From Psilocybe cubensis (taxonomy: Eukaryota), in the NCBI GenBank assembly GCA_017499595.2, contig CM039000.1, forward strand, positions 2,604,001-2,668,000: a stretch of DNA of 64,000 nt. Reading direction: 5' to 3'. The position numbers and the translations under genes are program-made. How positions within the stretch are numbered: the first letter of the stretch is position 1; every line of letters starts with the position of its first letter. The notes beneath the pieces are model-generated. The model was given only the letters and a program-made list of their open reading frames with translations, ran no database searches and had not been told where the DNA came from. Shown here piece by piece: positions 1 through 12,455 of the stretch.

Positions 1-2649
1 TTCGAGTATGCATGGAAGGAATTGTTGGCCCGGTCACGACAAACAGGTCTATATTCTAAGTCCGGCGGACATTAGCTGAATGCTGACCAATAATTTCGTT
101 CTAGGAGAATACATTGTCTGCAACACCTCAGCATTTGATATCGAAATGTTCAAGGCAGTTTGGAGACCCGTAATATCCGCAATCGCATACGCATTCATCA
201 GCTTTGAAGATGATTATATCATACAACGTGCTATTGCAGGCTTCCGACAGTGCGCCACCCTTGCAGGACATTTCCGATTACCTGATGTCTTCGATTTCGT
301 GGTTGTTTCACTGTCTCAAGCAACCAGTCTGCTATCGGACTCTTTGCCTGCACACGTCCCCGTTTACCCCGTGATAGACGTTGAAGGACAGTCCGTTACA
401 GTTTCTAGGCTATCAGTAGAGTTCGGGACCAACTTTAGGGGCCAACTCGCTGCAGTTGTCCTTTTCAACATTGTCAACGGCAACGGTAACGCTTTAAGGG
501 AAGGATGGACTCAAGTGATTTTTTATATCCCTGTCCTTAGTCTATTATTTCTGACCAGTGACTGCTTTCCTGCAGATCTTCGAAATGTTCCAAAATCTTT
601 TTCTTCATTCGCTGTTACCAACGAGAATGTTGCAAATGGAGGACTTCCTTGGAGGTGTTACAATGATACCTCTTCGTGGGAGTCAGCCCTCTAGATCGCA
701 AGTTCGCAGCGAAGGAGGACTTTTGTCTGCACTATCTTCCTATCTGATGACTCCATACAGTTCTGATATGGGCGTCCCGGACGCAACAGAGGCTGATGTT
801 GAAAGTACACTTTCAACAATTGACTGTATAACATCCTGCCGGTTGGATGAGTTATATAGTCAGATCATGTATGCTTCTAAAATTCTTTTGCTGAGAAGGT
901 TTTGACAACGTTTTAATCTAGTCAACTTGAACCAGAAGCATTAGTGGCTGCTGTACGCGCACTTGAAGCACTCGCTCATGAAAGGACGGTCGCCAAGCTA
1001 AAAATCCAGTCTGATGATTCCATCCCTCCGCTTGACGATAGGGGAAATCATCAACTTCCTTATGATCCAGCTTCCGTATTCCTATTGGAGATTATGGTCA
1101 GTATTACCAGTCAGGCCCCGCAGTACATTGAAGAATTATGGTATTTGAAATATTTTTTCATGTCAATTCCAGACTTACTTACCTTCTATTAGGCCGATTG
1201 TCTTTGAACATCTATCTGCTGTCCTATCAACCCCGACAGAATACAGTATACTTCTGATTGAAAGGGCTGTTGTGTGCCTCTTGCGTCTTTGTCAACTTTT
1301 GGCTCAGCATGTAAGCACCTAACCATTTTCATCTGACCCGTGGCTTATTTGGCTTTAGCCCCCACTGCGAGATCAGGTTTATGTGGCCTTCGACCTACTT
1401 GGTGGACTACCGCCCTCCATTTCAAATCTTGTCGGAGAGCAAGTAATTGCTGGGCTCATCTTAGTTATTCAAAAACACAAAGATATCATTCGGTATTTCG
1501 TCCCACCGAACATCTGCTGAAAAATAATCTGATTGATACATATAGATCTCAAACTGAATGGCATCTTGTATTCGCCATGATACGATCCACAATGGCGCAT
1601 GCCGAAGCAGCGCGTATGTCCTTCGAACTTATCGAAACATTAGCAGCCGAAGGGCCAGACAATTTGGTTACCCCTGATAATTTCTCTGGCCTGTTGACTG
1701 TACTGGACGACTTCGCAACCTCAGCGAGTACACTACAGGAACAACATCAACACAGAGGCCGTCGTGCGGAACCGTTAACCACGTCGAAGTAACTAGCTTA
1801 TATATTATTTATTATCACCGTGTGCTCATATTTTCTTTCATTTAGTTCACCAAGCATCAGTAGGGGCAAGAAGGCTGTTGATCTACTTCCCGTATTGCAC
1901 AAAAAATTATTAACGTTCCTTCAGGCCTCTCAAGTGGATGAAGTGCAAGGTCAGGCATGAGTTTCTCTAAGGCAATACCTTGTTCTAACTTTTCCTTCAG
2001 CGTGGAGAAACATGGGTCTCCCGTTGCTCATTGTCCTGGGCCGTCAATCTGTTAACGCTGCTCGAGAAATACGCCATAGCGCCATTAGTCATTTACAGCG
2101 CATCCTACTCGGCTCTCCACTGACGAATGATGCAGATCAAAAGAAGGTCGAAGAAGTCTTCAACCGTGTAGTTTTCCCTCTTGTGGATGAACTTTTAAAA
2201 CCTCAGGTTGCTTTTAGGGATCCACAAGGCATGGCGGAAAGTCGGCTCAGAGGATCGGCTCTCCTTTGCAAAGTATTCATGCATCTGGAGCTACGTGAAA
2301 GCAGAGCCAAAACGGACTTTAGATTATTATGGATTCAAGTCCTGGATCTCCTGGATCGACTCATGAACGTGAATCGTGGAGATCAATTGGTATGTCGTTT
2401 TATTTGTATTAATGTGGAAGCCAAGTCTTACAATAATTCTAGTACGAAGCAATTCCCGAATCATTGAAAAATGTTCTCCTTGTAATGAACGCTGTCGGAA
2501 TACTCATACCCCCTGGATCCGGAGAAGAAGAGCTGCAGAAAACACTCTGGCTAAATACCCATGAAAGGATGGAGCGCTTTTTACCAGGCTTCCTGACTGA
2601 AGTTATCCCAATACCTCCTCAAGCCCAAACACCGTCGACGACGGAATAA
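1..2649 (+). CDS. GEA2: Large Sec7-family ARF guanine-nucleotide exchange factor, GBF1/Gea1-2 type; C-terminal HDS region, 5'-truncated by the window, multi-exon
   Basis: Spliced translation gives FEYAWKELL, FGTNFRGQLAAVVLFNIVNGNGN.LREGW, REIRHSAISHLQR and EAIPESLKNVLLVM, recognised as GBF1/Gea HDS1-3 motifs; GT-AG introns; stop TAA at 2647-2649. Confidence 0.9.
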
Positions 2650-2724
2650 TTTATGCCATGCCATGTTATACTGTATAGCGCGGATTTCTAACTAACAACT
2701 CGATTCATCTGTTATACTTAATTA

Positions 2725-3852
2725 CTACTTATTAATTGCAAATTGCATTTTCGAGGGCCTATACGATGAGAAGTAGTCAGCAAGACGTTATAAGGGAGCT
2801 CTGAGGTATTTACTAACCTAATGCGTGCATAAACGCCTACCAGGACTGCTAAAGGGGCAACTGTGTATGTGACGAAACGTACAATCCAATAACTATACTT
2901 TTCACCCCATGTGGACCATCCCCCACCAAGATGGACTGTGAACAATAGCAGAGGAAATAAAATGTAACCTGAAAGCCTTAAAAAAACCGTGTTAGAATGC
3001 TGGGGAATAATTTATTTGGCCAGGACACACCGGTGGTACTTCCATAAAGATTTTGCTTTCATGCCGCCGCCGAACAGTGCACCGCCATACCACACGCTCC
3101 CGGCTCCCAGAAATATTTGGAACACTAACCACGCCATCGTTATGATTCCGAAGAACTGATTAACAGTTAGCCTTTAAAGGCGGTCAATGTACATGCAGTC
3201 ACTTACACCATGCCAGGTCGTGAAATGGTCTGCACCCCGAAGCCATTTGTTATAAGATACGGCAATTGTTCCCAGTGCAATTGTTGGAAAACCGACAACA
3301 AAAATTGCCAATTGGTGTCGCATCAGACCAGCTGCTTTGGTTTTAGGCTGATTGGTGGGCTGGAGAGTAATGATCCCTGGTGTGTTGGTGAGATCAATCT
3401 TAGTGAAATAAAAGTGTATGCGCCGCAAATATACCAAATGTAAATAATAATATTGCCAAAGATTGTAATGGCGGGTGGAACGCAAACCACCCCACTTTCA
3501 TTGGCGCGTTCATTAGGACTATGGTCCATGTAGTAGCCATGATAACCTGGATGACTTAGTTAACGTGTTCCAATGATAAGAGGAAGTTATTCACCGAGGC
3601 TGCTATCTATGTGGCAATTAACTTCTGGATAACCACAATGAAGAAGAAACTTACCAATGCCGTTTGGCGGGATACAGCATCTCCTGGACGTCCCTCCGAC
3701 TTCAATGACTGGTCGTACCCCATTCCCGTGGCTGACGGTACCTGTTCAAGGGAAGGCGAGTCTCGCTGTTCGATATTCAAGGGTTTGGGATGCTCTAGTT
3801 CGTAGCTTGACCTAACGGACACGTTGTCAACTCCTGCGGGAGACGTGGGCAT
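2725..3852 (-). CDS. Cytochrome b561 family (CYB561D2-like) membrane protein, multi-exon
   Basis: Spliced product has hydrophobic helices with four candidate heme-ligand His (WFAFHPP, MRHQ, TTWHG, WKYHR); ends ...ARIRPSKMQFAINK*; includes a 12-nt microexon at 3595-3606. Confidence 0.8.
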
Positions 3853-4336
3853 CGTACTTTTGATGCTGCTGCTTAACAATTTATACCGGGGTTATGAGAT
3901 TCGGATGTCGGTAAGGATAAGTTGAGCGGGATCTATCCCATGATCGTGGGTGCTCGAGTACACGGCTGATTGAAACCGATCCATTTTCTCGTTCTATCGT
4001 TACCTTCTCATTCAATAACACTGCACACAATCCCGTTGTAGTTTTGTGTGAACATAGGAAGGGTCGAAACAAAATTGATCCGGGTCATGTACACGCACAG
4101 TTCTTCGTGACGGCATCGGGATCAATATATTAATATGGAGCTGAACGTTTATGGAGATGAACGTTTGCCATGAACACGACGATCAACCAATTATCGTAGG
4201 CAATTTACTGATTGAACAGGATTGAACAGACGCTGGCAAGTATAAAGACTGATTATAATTGATTGAACTCTCATCTCAATCCATCATGCACCTCGATTTT
4301 CGCAGAAAATCGCATTCTCGGTCACCTCCTCATCGC

Positions 4337-7035
4337 ATGGCCTCCGACATTACTTTGCCCATATTGCATTTCAACGATGTATATCGGGTAACCCCACAAA
4401 AAATATCCCGTACGGAAAGCATAGACGTTACCCAATTTGCAGCCCTGGTGGACGATATCCGCAATAACTGGCCAAATAGACCAGATGGAAAGAAAGACGG
4501 CTTGTTGCTCTTCTCTGGGGATGTATTCTCTCCTTCCGTCGAAAGCTCTGTCACTAGAGGAAGTCATATGGTGAGCACGCCTGTCATTTTACACCCTTCA
4601 GCATTATCCATAGTAGAATAGGTCCCCGTGATGAACCAGTTGGGAGTAGATGTTTCCGTGACCGGTTTGTCGAGTCTTGCCTGAAATTCTGTGTACTTAT
4701 CATCCTTATTTTGCTTGACCAGGCAATCACGATTTTGACTTTGGTAATTGGAATAAATGTGCTGATTTGACGCGACACTGACGATTTCTCTCATAGGTTA
4801 CCCTCATCTCTGTAAACTTGTGAACGATACCAATTTTGTTAGTCGACCCTCGAAATTAGACTTCTCTGAAATCTTATTATTCGTGCAATCCAGCCGTGGA
4901 TTCTTAGCAACATAATCGATACTACTACATCTAAAATACCGCAACAACTGAACGAATATGTTGTTATAGAAAGATCGGGTGTTCGAATTGGTTTCATAGG
5001 GCTTGTTGAAGAGTACGCATCAGCCTAATTTTTCCGAGATGCCATGTGTTTGCTCATCGATTTCGCAGAGACTGGATTACAACCGTCTCCGCATGGCCAC
5101 CCGAGTTCGTGTACACATCCATGAAAGAAACAGCTCTGGCATTATCAAAGAAACTTCGTGACCCACAAGGTGAACATCGTTGTGATATCATCATCGCGTT
5201 AACCCATTCTCGGTAAGTCGTTGGCTATATTTAGCACTGTCAAAGGGCTCAAATAATTTCATCATTAGATTACCCAATGTAAGCGAAACATCTTGAATAC
5301 CTCTGCTCGTATCTAATGAGAAAATGAAAGGACATTACCCTTGCTAAGGAGTTGTTTGCATTTTCTCCAAATGCTCAGAAGACACATCCCATTGCTTCAG
5401 AGCACGGTATAGATCTCTTGCTCGGTGGCCATGATCATATGTATTTTGTAGGTAAAGGTGTCACATCATGGGATGGCTACGACCTCAAAGAGGACGTGCT
5501 CGGAGCTGAGTCTGATGAGGGTGATATTTTGGTTATCAAAAGTGGGACCGACTTTCGCGATCTCAGCGAAATGGCCGTCACGGTCAGCCCAACACCACCA
5601 GGCAGTGTCAGGAGAATGGTTATTAGCAAAATCACAGGTATATATTTTTTTGGATATTTTACTTCTGGTTCAGCATTTAATACAGATTCACAGGGAAGAG
5701 GCACGTTACACAACCAGGATACCGATCATCCAAAAAGATGACCAAGTTGCTAAAAAACCTGTTGGGGTCGATATCATCAGCTCTTAAAGCTCCTATATGC
5801 AGAACCGATGTGATGATTGACGTTCGCTCTTATTACATCAGAGTAACAGAGGTATATCTCCTTTCGTGGTGCATTGCTCCTTGGTTAACACCGTTTACAA
5901 GTCACCTATTTGCAATTGGATTGCAGATATTTGCAGACACGCCTACGACGAAGCATTGTGTCAAAATGGCGGTCGGGGATCTGATGGCGTATTTTTGTGT
6001 GCTGGCACATTCCGAGGGGATTCAACATACGGTCCAGGTATGAGGATCCGAGTTGACTGGCGAGGTAGGAAAGCTGAAAATTAATGTTTTTCTATGAAGG
6101 CGTTATGACGATTGGTGACATATTGGAGATTTTGCCGTTTGATGACCCGACCCTTGTTATCGAAATCGATGGCGCTACACTTTGGGCCGCGCTTGAAAGC
6201 GCGCTAAGCACCTGGCCAGCACAAGAAGGGTACATTGTTCTCTTTTGCTTCGTATAACACATTCTGACGTTTTTTTCTACAAGTCGCTTCCCGGCCATCT
6301 CTGGTTTTCGTGTGACTTGGGATTCAAGGAGAGAACCTGGCCATCGAGTATTGGGTGTCTGGCTTCTGATACCTTCAAATGAAGCTGAAAGCAACAAGGA
6401 AATTGACAAGTCCCACTACGCAGAAGAACCGGTTAAAAATGAAGTCGGCGGACGCACGTACAGAATTGTCTCTAGAGAATACATGGTCCAAGGCCACGAC
6501 GGGTTTGAAGCTCTGACAAAGGGCAAGATACTGGTCGATCACGAATGTGGCGAGATGTTGAGCACCATCGTCAGAAAGTATATGCTTGGTACGTTTGTTG
6601 CAAAGCGCGCGCACTCAATTCACGTTTGCTTACTTTCGGAGGGTAACAGGCTCTCATTTCGTCAACAAAGTGATACGAAAGAAAGAAGAAAAGATAAGCT
6701 TCCTGAGGAAGACCACACTGCCGACAATTCATGAACTGGAGAAAGAATTCAAACTTGCAAAAGCCGATCGGTCGACAGCTGCAACCAGACTCTGGAAATA
6801 CGCTGCCAACCTTGCATTGCATCGCGGACGCTCGAAATCGTACTATCAAACGCACATCAAGATATCATCCACTGAGCACATGAGTTCAGTGGATGCCTAT
6901 GACGGCGAAAGCATCAGGAAAGGACGGGAGTGTAGAAAAGTGTCCACGGAGCCGGACGACGATCTTCTGCTCGTCCATCCTCACGTCGATGGCCGTTTGG
7001 TAAATGTAGGAAAAGGCGCGGAAGAGAGCAAGTGA
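4337..7035 (+). CDS. 5'-nucleotidase/apyrase-type metallophosphoesterase (calcineurin-like N domain plus 5'-nucleotidase C domain), multi-exon
   Basis: Motifs HFNDVY, SGDVFSPSVES, GNHDFDFG, GGHDH, ILEILPF.D, EGRFPAISG, GHDGF; TATAAA at 4241; an alternative upstream in-frame ATG at 4286. Confidence 0.9.
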
Positions 7036-7141
7036 GATTCCTCTGGTAGAATTAGTGTTTATGGTGGGACCTGATTACATGGAACGATTGATGGACTCAT
7101 AAGATACATATACGCAGAACGATGGTATATACTCAATGTAA

Positions 7142-7817
7142 TCATGGCGTAGGCACTGGTGGAGCTTTGATCTTGGCGGGGGGGTCACCCGAGATTGTTC
7201 GTCCATAATGTGTCAGAAGGCCAGCTGTGCTGCCCAACCCCGCACCGCCGAGAATAACTTAAGAAGAAGGACATTAGCTTGTGCCAGAAAAGAGCAATAC
7301 CAATAGTACGCACGATTGACGATGTTAGCACGGTTCCAGAAGATGGCTGGTGTAAGGACGGCGGCTAATACGGATCCTATCGTTGAATGGTCGATACGAC
7401 GCACTCTGTCCACCTGTAAGAAATGAGATGGGTTTGTGTGCGAATGAAAAGTGATAATGAAGGACGCACGTCATACGCTGTCTCTATCCTCCGCGCCCGC
7501 ACAGGCTCCTCACTCGAATACGCGTTTCGGACATACGAAGCGCCTCCAAACACCGCAGCACCTTACAAAGTCGCGTCGTCACATTCTGCAAGCGAAACTG
7601 CCAACAAAAAACCAAAACCAGAACACGTACCACCGAGTCCGCCAATCCACGTCGCGCGGAGGAACCGGTTGAAGGAGAGCGCACCGCGGCCTTTGCGCGC
7701 GAGGACGTAGGTGATGTACGCTGGGGGCACAAGCAGCGAGGACCACTGGTAGCCCGAGTTCATAGCCTGCCGGACGAGGTAGTCGGTGTCTGCTGCATGC
7801 GCTGCGGATATCTCCAT
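7142..7817 (-). CDS. Small Gly-rich multi-pass membrane protein of unknown function (4 exons)
   Basis: Canonical GT-AG splicing joins MEISAAHAAD...WIGGLGG / AAVFGGASYVR...AYD / VDRVRRIDHSTIGSVLAAV...VN / LILGGAGLGSTAGLL...PVPTP*. Confidence 0.7.
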
Positions 7818-8318
7818 GTTTGGAAAAGATTTACACTGGGGGATGGTGGTGGTAGTTCAAAAGAACTCCGTGCTTTGACCGCTGCACAATTTCGAGACAT
7901 CGATCAAACTATAAATACACACCGTCTGTCAATCACTCGTCATTAACGCTCCAAAATAATTTGGCAATCAAGTTCTCTTGTCAAAGGTAAACCACTATCG
8001 GTACCTCTTATAAATTCTGACGCCGCATAAAACAGTGCGTCCAACTTGTGCATCTAGCCAAACTATATGTCATTAAAAGGCGGTTGCTTGCGCAGATGTA
8101 ATTACTATAGAAAAGGGGAGGAAGCGGTGTACAATTAAGATATAAAAAATTAAAAGGGGAGGAAAGAAAGAAAACACGACAAGAAAAGTAGGGCATGCAA
8201 AATCAAGCTACGTATAACAAAGACACCAAGGAGAACAGAGCATTGTAATCACCACAGCATTAAGATCGTTAAAAATTGAGGTGAAAAGGGGCGTGACAAA
8301 AGGCATTTCCGAGTTTTT

Positions 8319-10108
8319 TTAAGCGTTGGGCGATTTGGAGGCATTGGGCCAGCAGCCCTCAGCCTTCCATTTGTCGACCACTTCTTTGATGTTATCGTGA
8401 TTGAATTCCGGTCGTAGTAATTGGTATCCGAGGACTTGCTTAATTTTGGTATTATCGAAAGAGACGGTATGTTTATCCAAGGTATATTTGTCCATGTATG
8501 CTGACAGGGGCGTGTTCGTGATAGGCGGGACGGATTCGGTTAGCATCTCTGTCCATCCTTCCACATGATGTTCATTGATATCTTCCAGGTCATCCATGAG
8601 CTAAAAATCGAGTGAACCATGAGGAATGTTGCTCGAAAAGAGACCGCGTGATGGGACTTGCCTTGAAAACGGTACTTTCCACGATGTTGAAAAATTCAAA
8701 CGTGGTTCCAAAGAAGGACGAGATAGTCTTCCCGGTACTGACAAGAGTACTTTTTGAATCATCGACCTAGGAGGAGTCAGAGTTGGTATGCAGAAAGTAA
8801 TGAATAGACAATACCAAGTTGAACAATGGGGCGATGGGAGTTTGTTCAGGGGGAGTCATACCCTGAACCTCCTTGACTTTGCCCTTGTCATTGTGGAAAG
8901 GAATTTTGACGCCAGCTTCTTGATCAGCAGCGCTGCGACCTTTGGTTGCCATCCAAACAGCACAAGCCCAGGCACCACCGGCTACATCGTCAATGTGAAC
9001 GGTGTTGGTTGGGTTTTTGCCGGGAGACCACCTGTAAAAAGATGAGTTGGATGTCGTTGGAGAACTTTTGATAAGACGAACATGGATTTCATGGGCTTGT
9101 CGAGATAACCATAAACAGAAGCGACGGTCATGGCGCTGATGACTATTACAAGATTAGAAATGCTCTGTTGATGATGGGATATGCAGCGTACTGGTTCCAA
9201 AGTTGGTATAAGGTCCATAGACAAAGCCAATTCGCAGAACAACAAGATTGAGACTGGGACTAGACGTCAGTGGGGTAGGACAAGATGGAGAAGGAAGACA
9301 GACTCGGGGATGGATGCAAGCATGCGGAGAGATTCGTGCCACCAGATACCCATGGCTTCAACAGGCTTTACATCCTCGCTCTCCGCAGCGGGAGCCTTTG
9401 CGGAAGTCTCGTAGAAGGGCTGTTGAATCCTGACGTAAGCTTTGACTTTACGGTTTGCGGCCTCCAAACCCAAGAGGCGTGCGATACCAAAAGTGTTGCT
9501 GATCTGAATCTATTGATTGGGGAGGATGGGAGTGAATGGGCGAGAAGGGAAATAGATGGAGAAGGACTTGCCAATTCGCTGCGGTCGTTTCTTACTTCAC
9601 CGGTGAAATCGAAAACATAGTCAAAGGCGGGCTTTCCTGCGGGAGGGTCGAAGGCGGATTGGATTGCAGCTGGATGAAAAGAGAGATGAGGAAGAGAAGA
9701 ATGGAAAGATAGAAAGAACGCACCTGGAACGGTGAGATTGGCTTGGCGGTACTCTACATTTGGGTTTGCAAGGACCTTTGTGAATTCTGGGCCGATATAG
9801 CTGTGTGTTGATGAGCGGTGAAGCAGCAAGAAGGATGCGATTGACGTACGTAGTTGCGGGATGGACGGAGTACTTGTCTACGATGCGGAGGAACTGTGAA
9901 TTGGAGAGAGATGTGAAATGTTGTCTGGCGATAAGAGGATGCGGACATACGGATACTTTGGCCTCGCCGTCGAGGGGTACGAGGAAAGCAGCGAGAGCAC
10001 GAGAACAAGTGTTGAGACCGCCTGCAACGACGATGAGCTAGGAAATAGCATAGAGAAAAAGAACGAACCGAAAATAAGGGCAGAGGGCATTGGATGCTCA
10101 GCGGCCAT
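8319..10108 (-). CDS. NAD(P)-binding Rossmann-fold protein (extended SDR / NAD-dependent epimerase-dehydratase-like), multi-exon
   Basis: Spliced N-terminus PSALIFGGLNTCSRALA, then LRIVDKY, YRQANL, FDYVFDFTGE, LNLVVLRIGFVYGP, NTKIKQVLGY; two GC-AG introns; start could be ATG 10108 or 10090. Confidence 0.85.
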
Positions 10109-10223
10109 GGTGGCTCCAGACGAGGGTGGTTGCCCAAAACTTGGACAGGCAGGTATCCATCAGCAGCTTACCTAATCCCGCAACAACCATTTAAGGCATT
10201 CACTGCGCCGAGATTGGAAATCC

Positions 10224-11216
10224 ATGTCGCGCCTCTTTCTTGCCCTCTTTGCTGCTCTTGTTGTTCTTGCCTCTCGCTTTCTCTATGGCCATGCTGAGCA
10301 TGCTCACATGGGCGACCATATTCTGCCCCAGTGCACAGCCTCTCAGCCATACAGTCTGCGCTACACTGGGCTAGCCCCGCTCGACGCCCAGATCTGCAAC
10401 TATGTCGTCGTCTTCCACTCCGTCCTCGTCCCCCAGAACGGCGCACACACTCCCATCATATCCTACTTTGCTGCTGCAGGCGCTCCCTACGCCCTCCTCA
10501 CCGTTCTCAACAGGTTCAGCAGGCCCAGATTAGACCCGCTCGCATACCCCACCCTCTGGCTTATGGCCACCCAGATCTTCTCCTTTGGTCTCACCTTTCC
10601 CATCTACTCGTTTCTCTGGGTCTACACCTCCAACGGCCGTCTTCCCATGCCCCTTCGCTCGTTCACCAGGGTTGACGCAGAGTCTGTGCTCTTTGCCATG
10701 GTTCTTGGAGGCGCCATCCCGTCCATTGCCATGGTCTACCTTCTCGACCCGTACATCACATGGCTCTGGCAAATCTACCCCGTCTTCATCTTTCTATTCC
10801 GTCACCTCTACTTGCTCATTCGCCCCCCATCTGACTCTGCCCAGTCGGCGTTTCCGGTCTTGCGCTTCACATATATAGCCACTTTCATCGCCGCTCTGCT
10901 CAGCCACATCGTCATTGTCTGGCCCCTCTTTGCGGACTGGAGCGCTCTAAAGACCCTCATTATACCCTCGATAACACCCCTCGAGCCCTCGGCCACACTT
11001 AGGCTGATAGTCCTCCATTTTTTGAAATGGGACTTTCTCCTCGGATACCTTGGCGCTGCTTTAGCCTCTCTGTGGTCCGCCCAATCTCCAAAACAGTTAC
11101 TTGCCATGATAGCCTGGTATGTATTCTCAAGTCCACTCATTGGAATCGGTGCCGCTTTCATGGCTCTGGCAATTTGGAGAGACGCCAGAGACCAAGGCTC
11201 TATTAATCTCGAATAA
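10224..11216 (+). CDS. Intronless polytopic membrane protein, CtvD/AurD/PaxA-like (epoxide hydrolase/cyclase-like), copy 1
   Basis: Single 330-aa ORF with many hydrophobic segments; YTGL..LD...C..V.VF, WQIYP, FLKWD and AIWRD motifs shared with the paralogue at 14128; family call is from recalled motifs. Confidence 0.7.
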   Translation: MSRLFLALFAALVVLASRFLYGHAEHAHMGDHILPQCTASQPYSLRYTGLAPLDAQICNYVVVFHSVLVPQNGAHTPIISYFAAAGAPYALLTVLNRFSRPRLDPLAYPTLWLMATQIFSFGLTFPIYSFLWVYTSNGRLPMPLRSFTRVDAESVLFAMVLGGAIPSIAMVYLLDPYITWLWQIYPVFIFLFRHLYLLIRPPSDSAQSAFPVLRFTYIATFIAALLSHIVIVWPLFADWSALKTLIIPSITPLEPSATLRLIVLHFLKWDFLLGYLGAALASLWSAQSPKQLLAMIAWYVFSSPLIGIGAAFMALAIWRDARDQGSINLE

Positions 11217-11238
11217 ATCCATCCTAATGTATTTTTAT

Positions 11239-12455
11239 TTACTGATCTTTCAAGTACTTGTACACAGACGAAAAGTCTTTTGTAGACAGCTCCGGTTTTT
11301 CCTGTACAATCTTTGAATAAATTTCCTTTGCAGCTTCACCCAGCGGCAAAGGGCTTCCCTCCTTCTCAGCCACGTTACTCGCCAGCCCCATATCCTGTCC
11401 GAAAATATCAGCATGATCATCTCTTTCTTGTCCAAACACCGTACCTTGAGCATCAGAGCCGTAGCAAACCCTCCCTCATAGTCTCTCTCACAGGGTGGCG
11501 ATTTTCCAGGAAGCGAAGACGGCACAGGATTGTTGACAGACGACGCCCAGCACCCTCCCGTGCTGCTGTTGATCACAGACGCGAGAACAGCTGGGTCCAA
11601 TCCCAGCTTTTGCCCCAACAGCATCGCCTCAGCCACCACTATTTGCTCAACGCCCAAGACCAACTCAAGTAACAGTTAAAAATCAGTCTATTTCGTGCAG
11701 GATATGAGTCTTACATTGTTGCAGATCTTGGCCGCCAATCCTGCACCAGATGGCCCACAGTGGATAATACGAGCGCCCATGAACGATAAAATAGGAAGCG
11801 CCAGTTCAAAGGTATCCCGAGGGCCGCCTACCAGAAACGACAACGTACCAGCCGTAGCCCCAGTCACACCTACAAATACATTCACATCAAGGACTCGGGG
11901 GAAGATATCATGACATCAACCACATACCACCAGACACCGGCGCGTCCACCATCTGCGCACCGAGTGCAGATACTTGTGCAGCTACGTCTCGCGCGACGTC
12001 CACGTCCAGAGTAGTAGAATCGATACACAGAGTATCTTTCGCTTCTTTCAACTTTCCAAGAGTCGGTATGATCGACCCGGAATACACGCTCTTGACCTGG
12101 GGCGATGACGGGAGCATAGTTATAATCCTACTCGACAACAACGTCGCTCTGCAAATCACATCAACCTCTCAATGATCTCTCAAAGTAGAAAATCCAGGAC
12201 GTACTGTTCAGGGGTCTCAGCCACCGAAATGACGGCGCTAGGATACGTGCTCGTGAAGCTCGCACAGAACGAGCTCGCAGCGTCCGGGTTCGCATCGCAG
12301 ACTACGAACTGCGCGTTGTTGTCCTGCGCATACTGCTTCGAGAAGAGGTTGTTGGCCATCTGATACCCCATCCTCCCTAGGCCGATGAAGCTTGTGCTGT
12401 GGCTTCGCGAGAGCCCCTGGCGCAGCGCCTGCATAGCTCTCATGGACGGTCGCAT
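11239..12455 (-). CDS. HIBADH: 3-hydroxyisobutyrate dehydrogenase (mitochondrial precursor), multi-exon
   Basis: FIGLGRMG dinucleotide loop, ITMLPSS, IDSTT, VDAPVSGG, AAKICNN with the catalytic Lys, YEGGFATALMLKD, KDFSSVY; Arg-rich N-terminal presequence. Confidence 0.93.
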
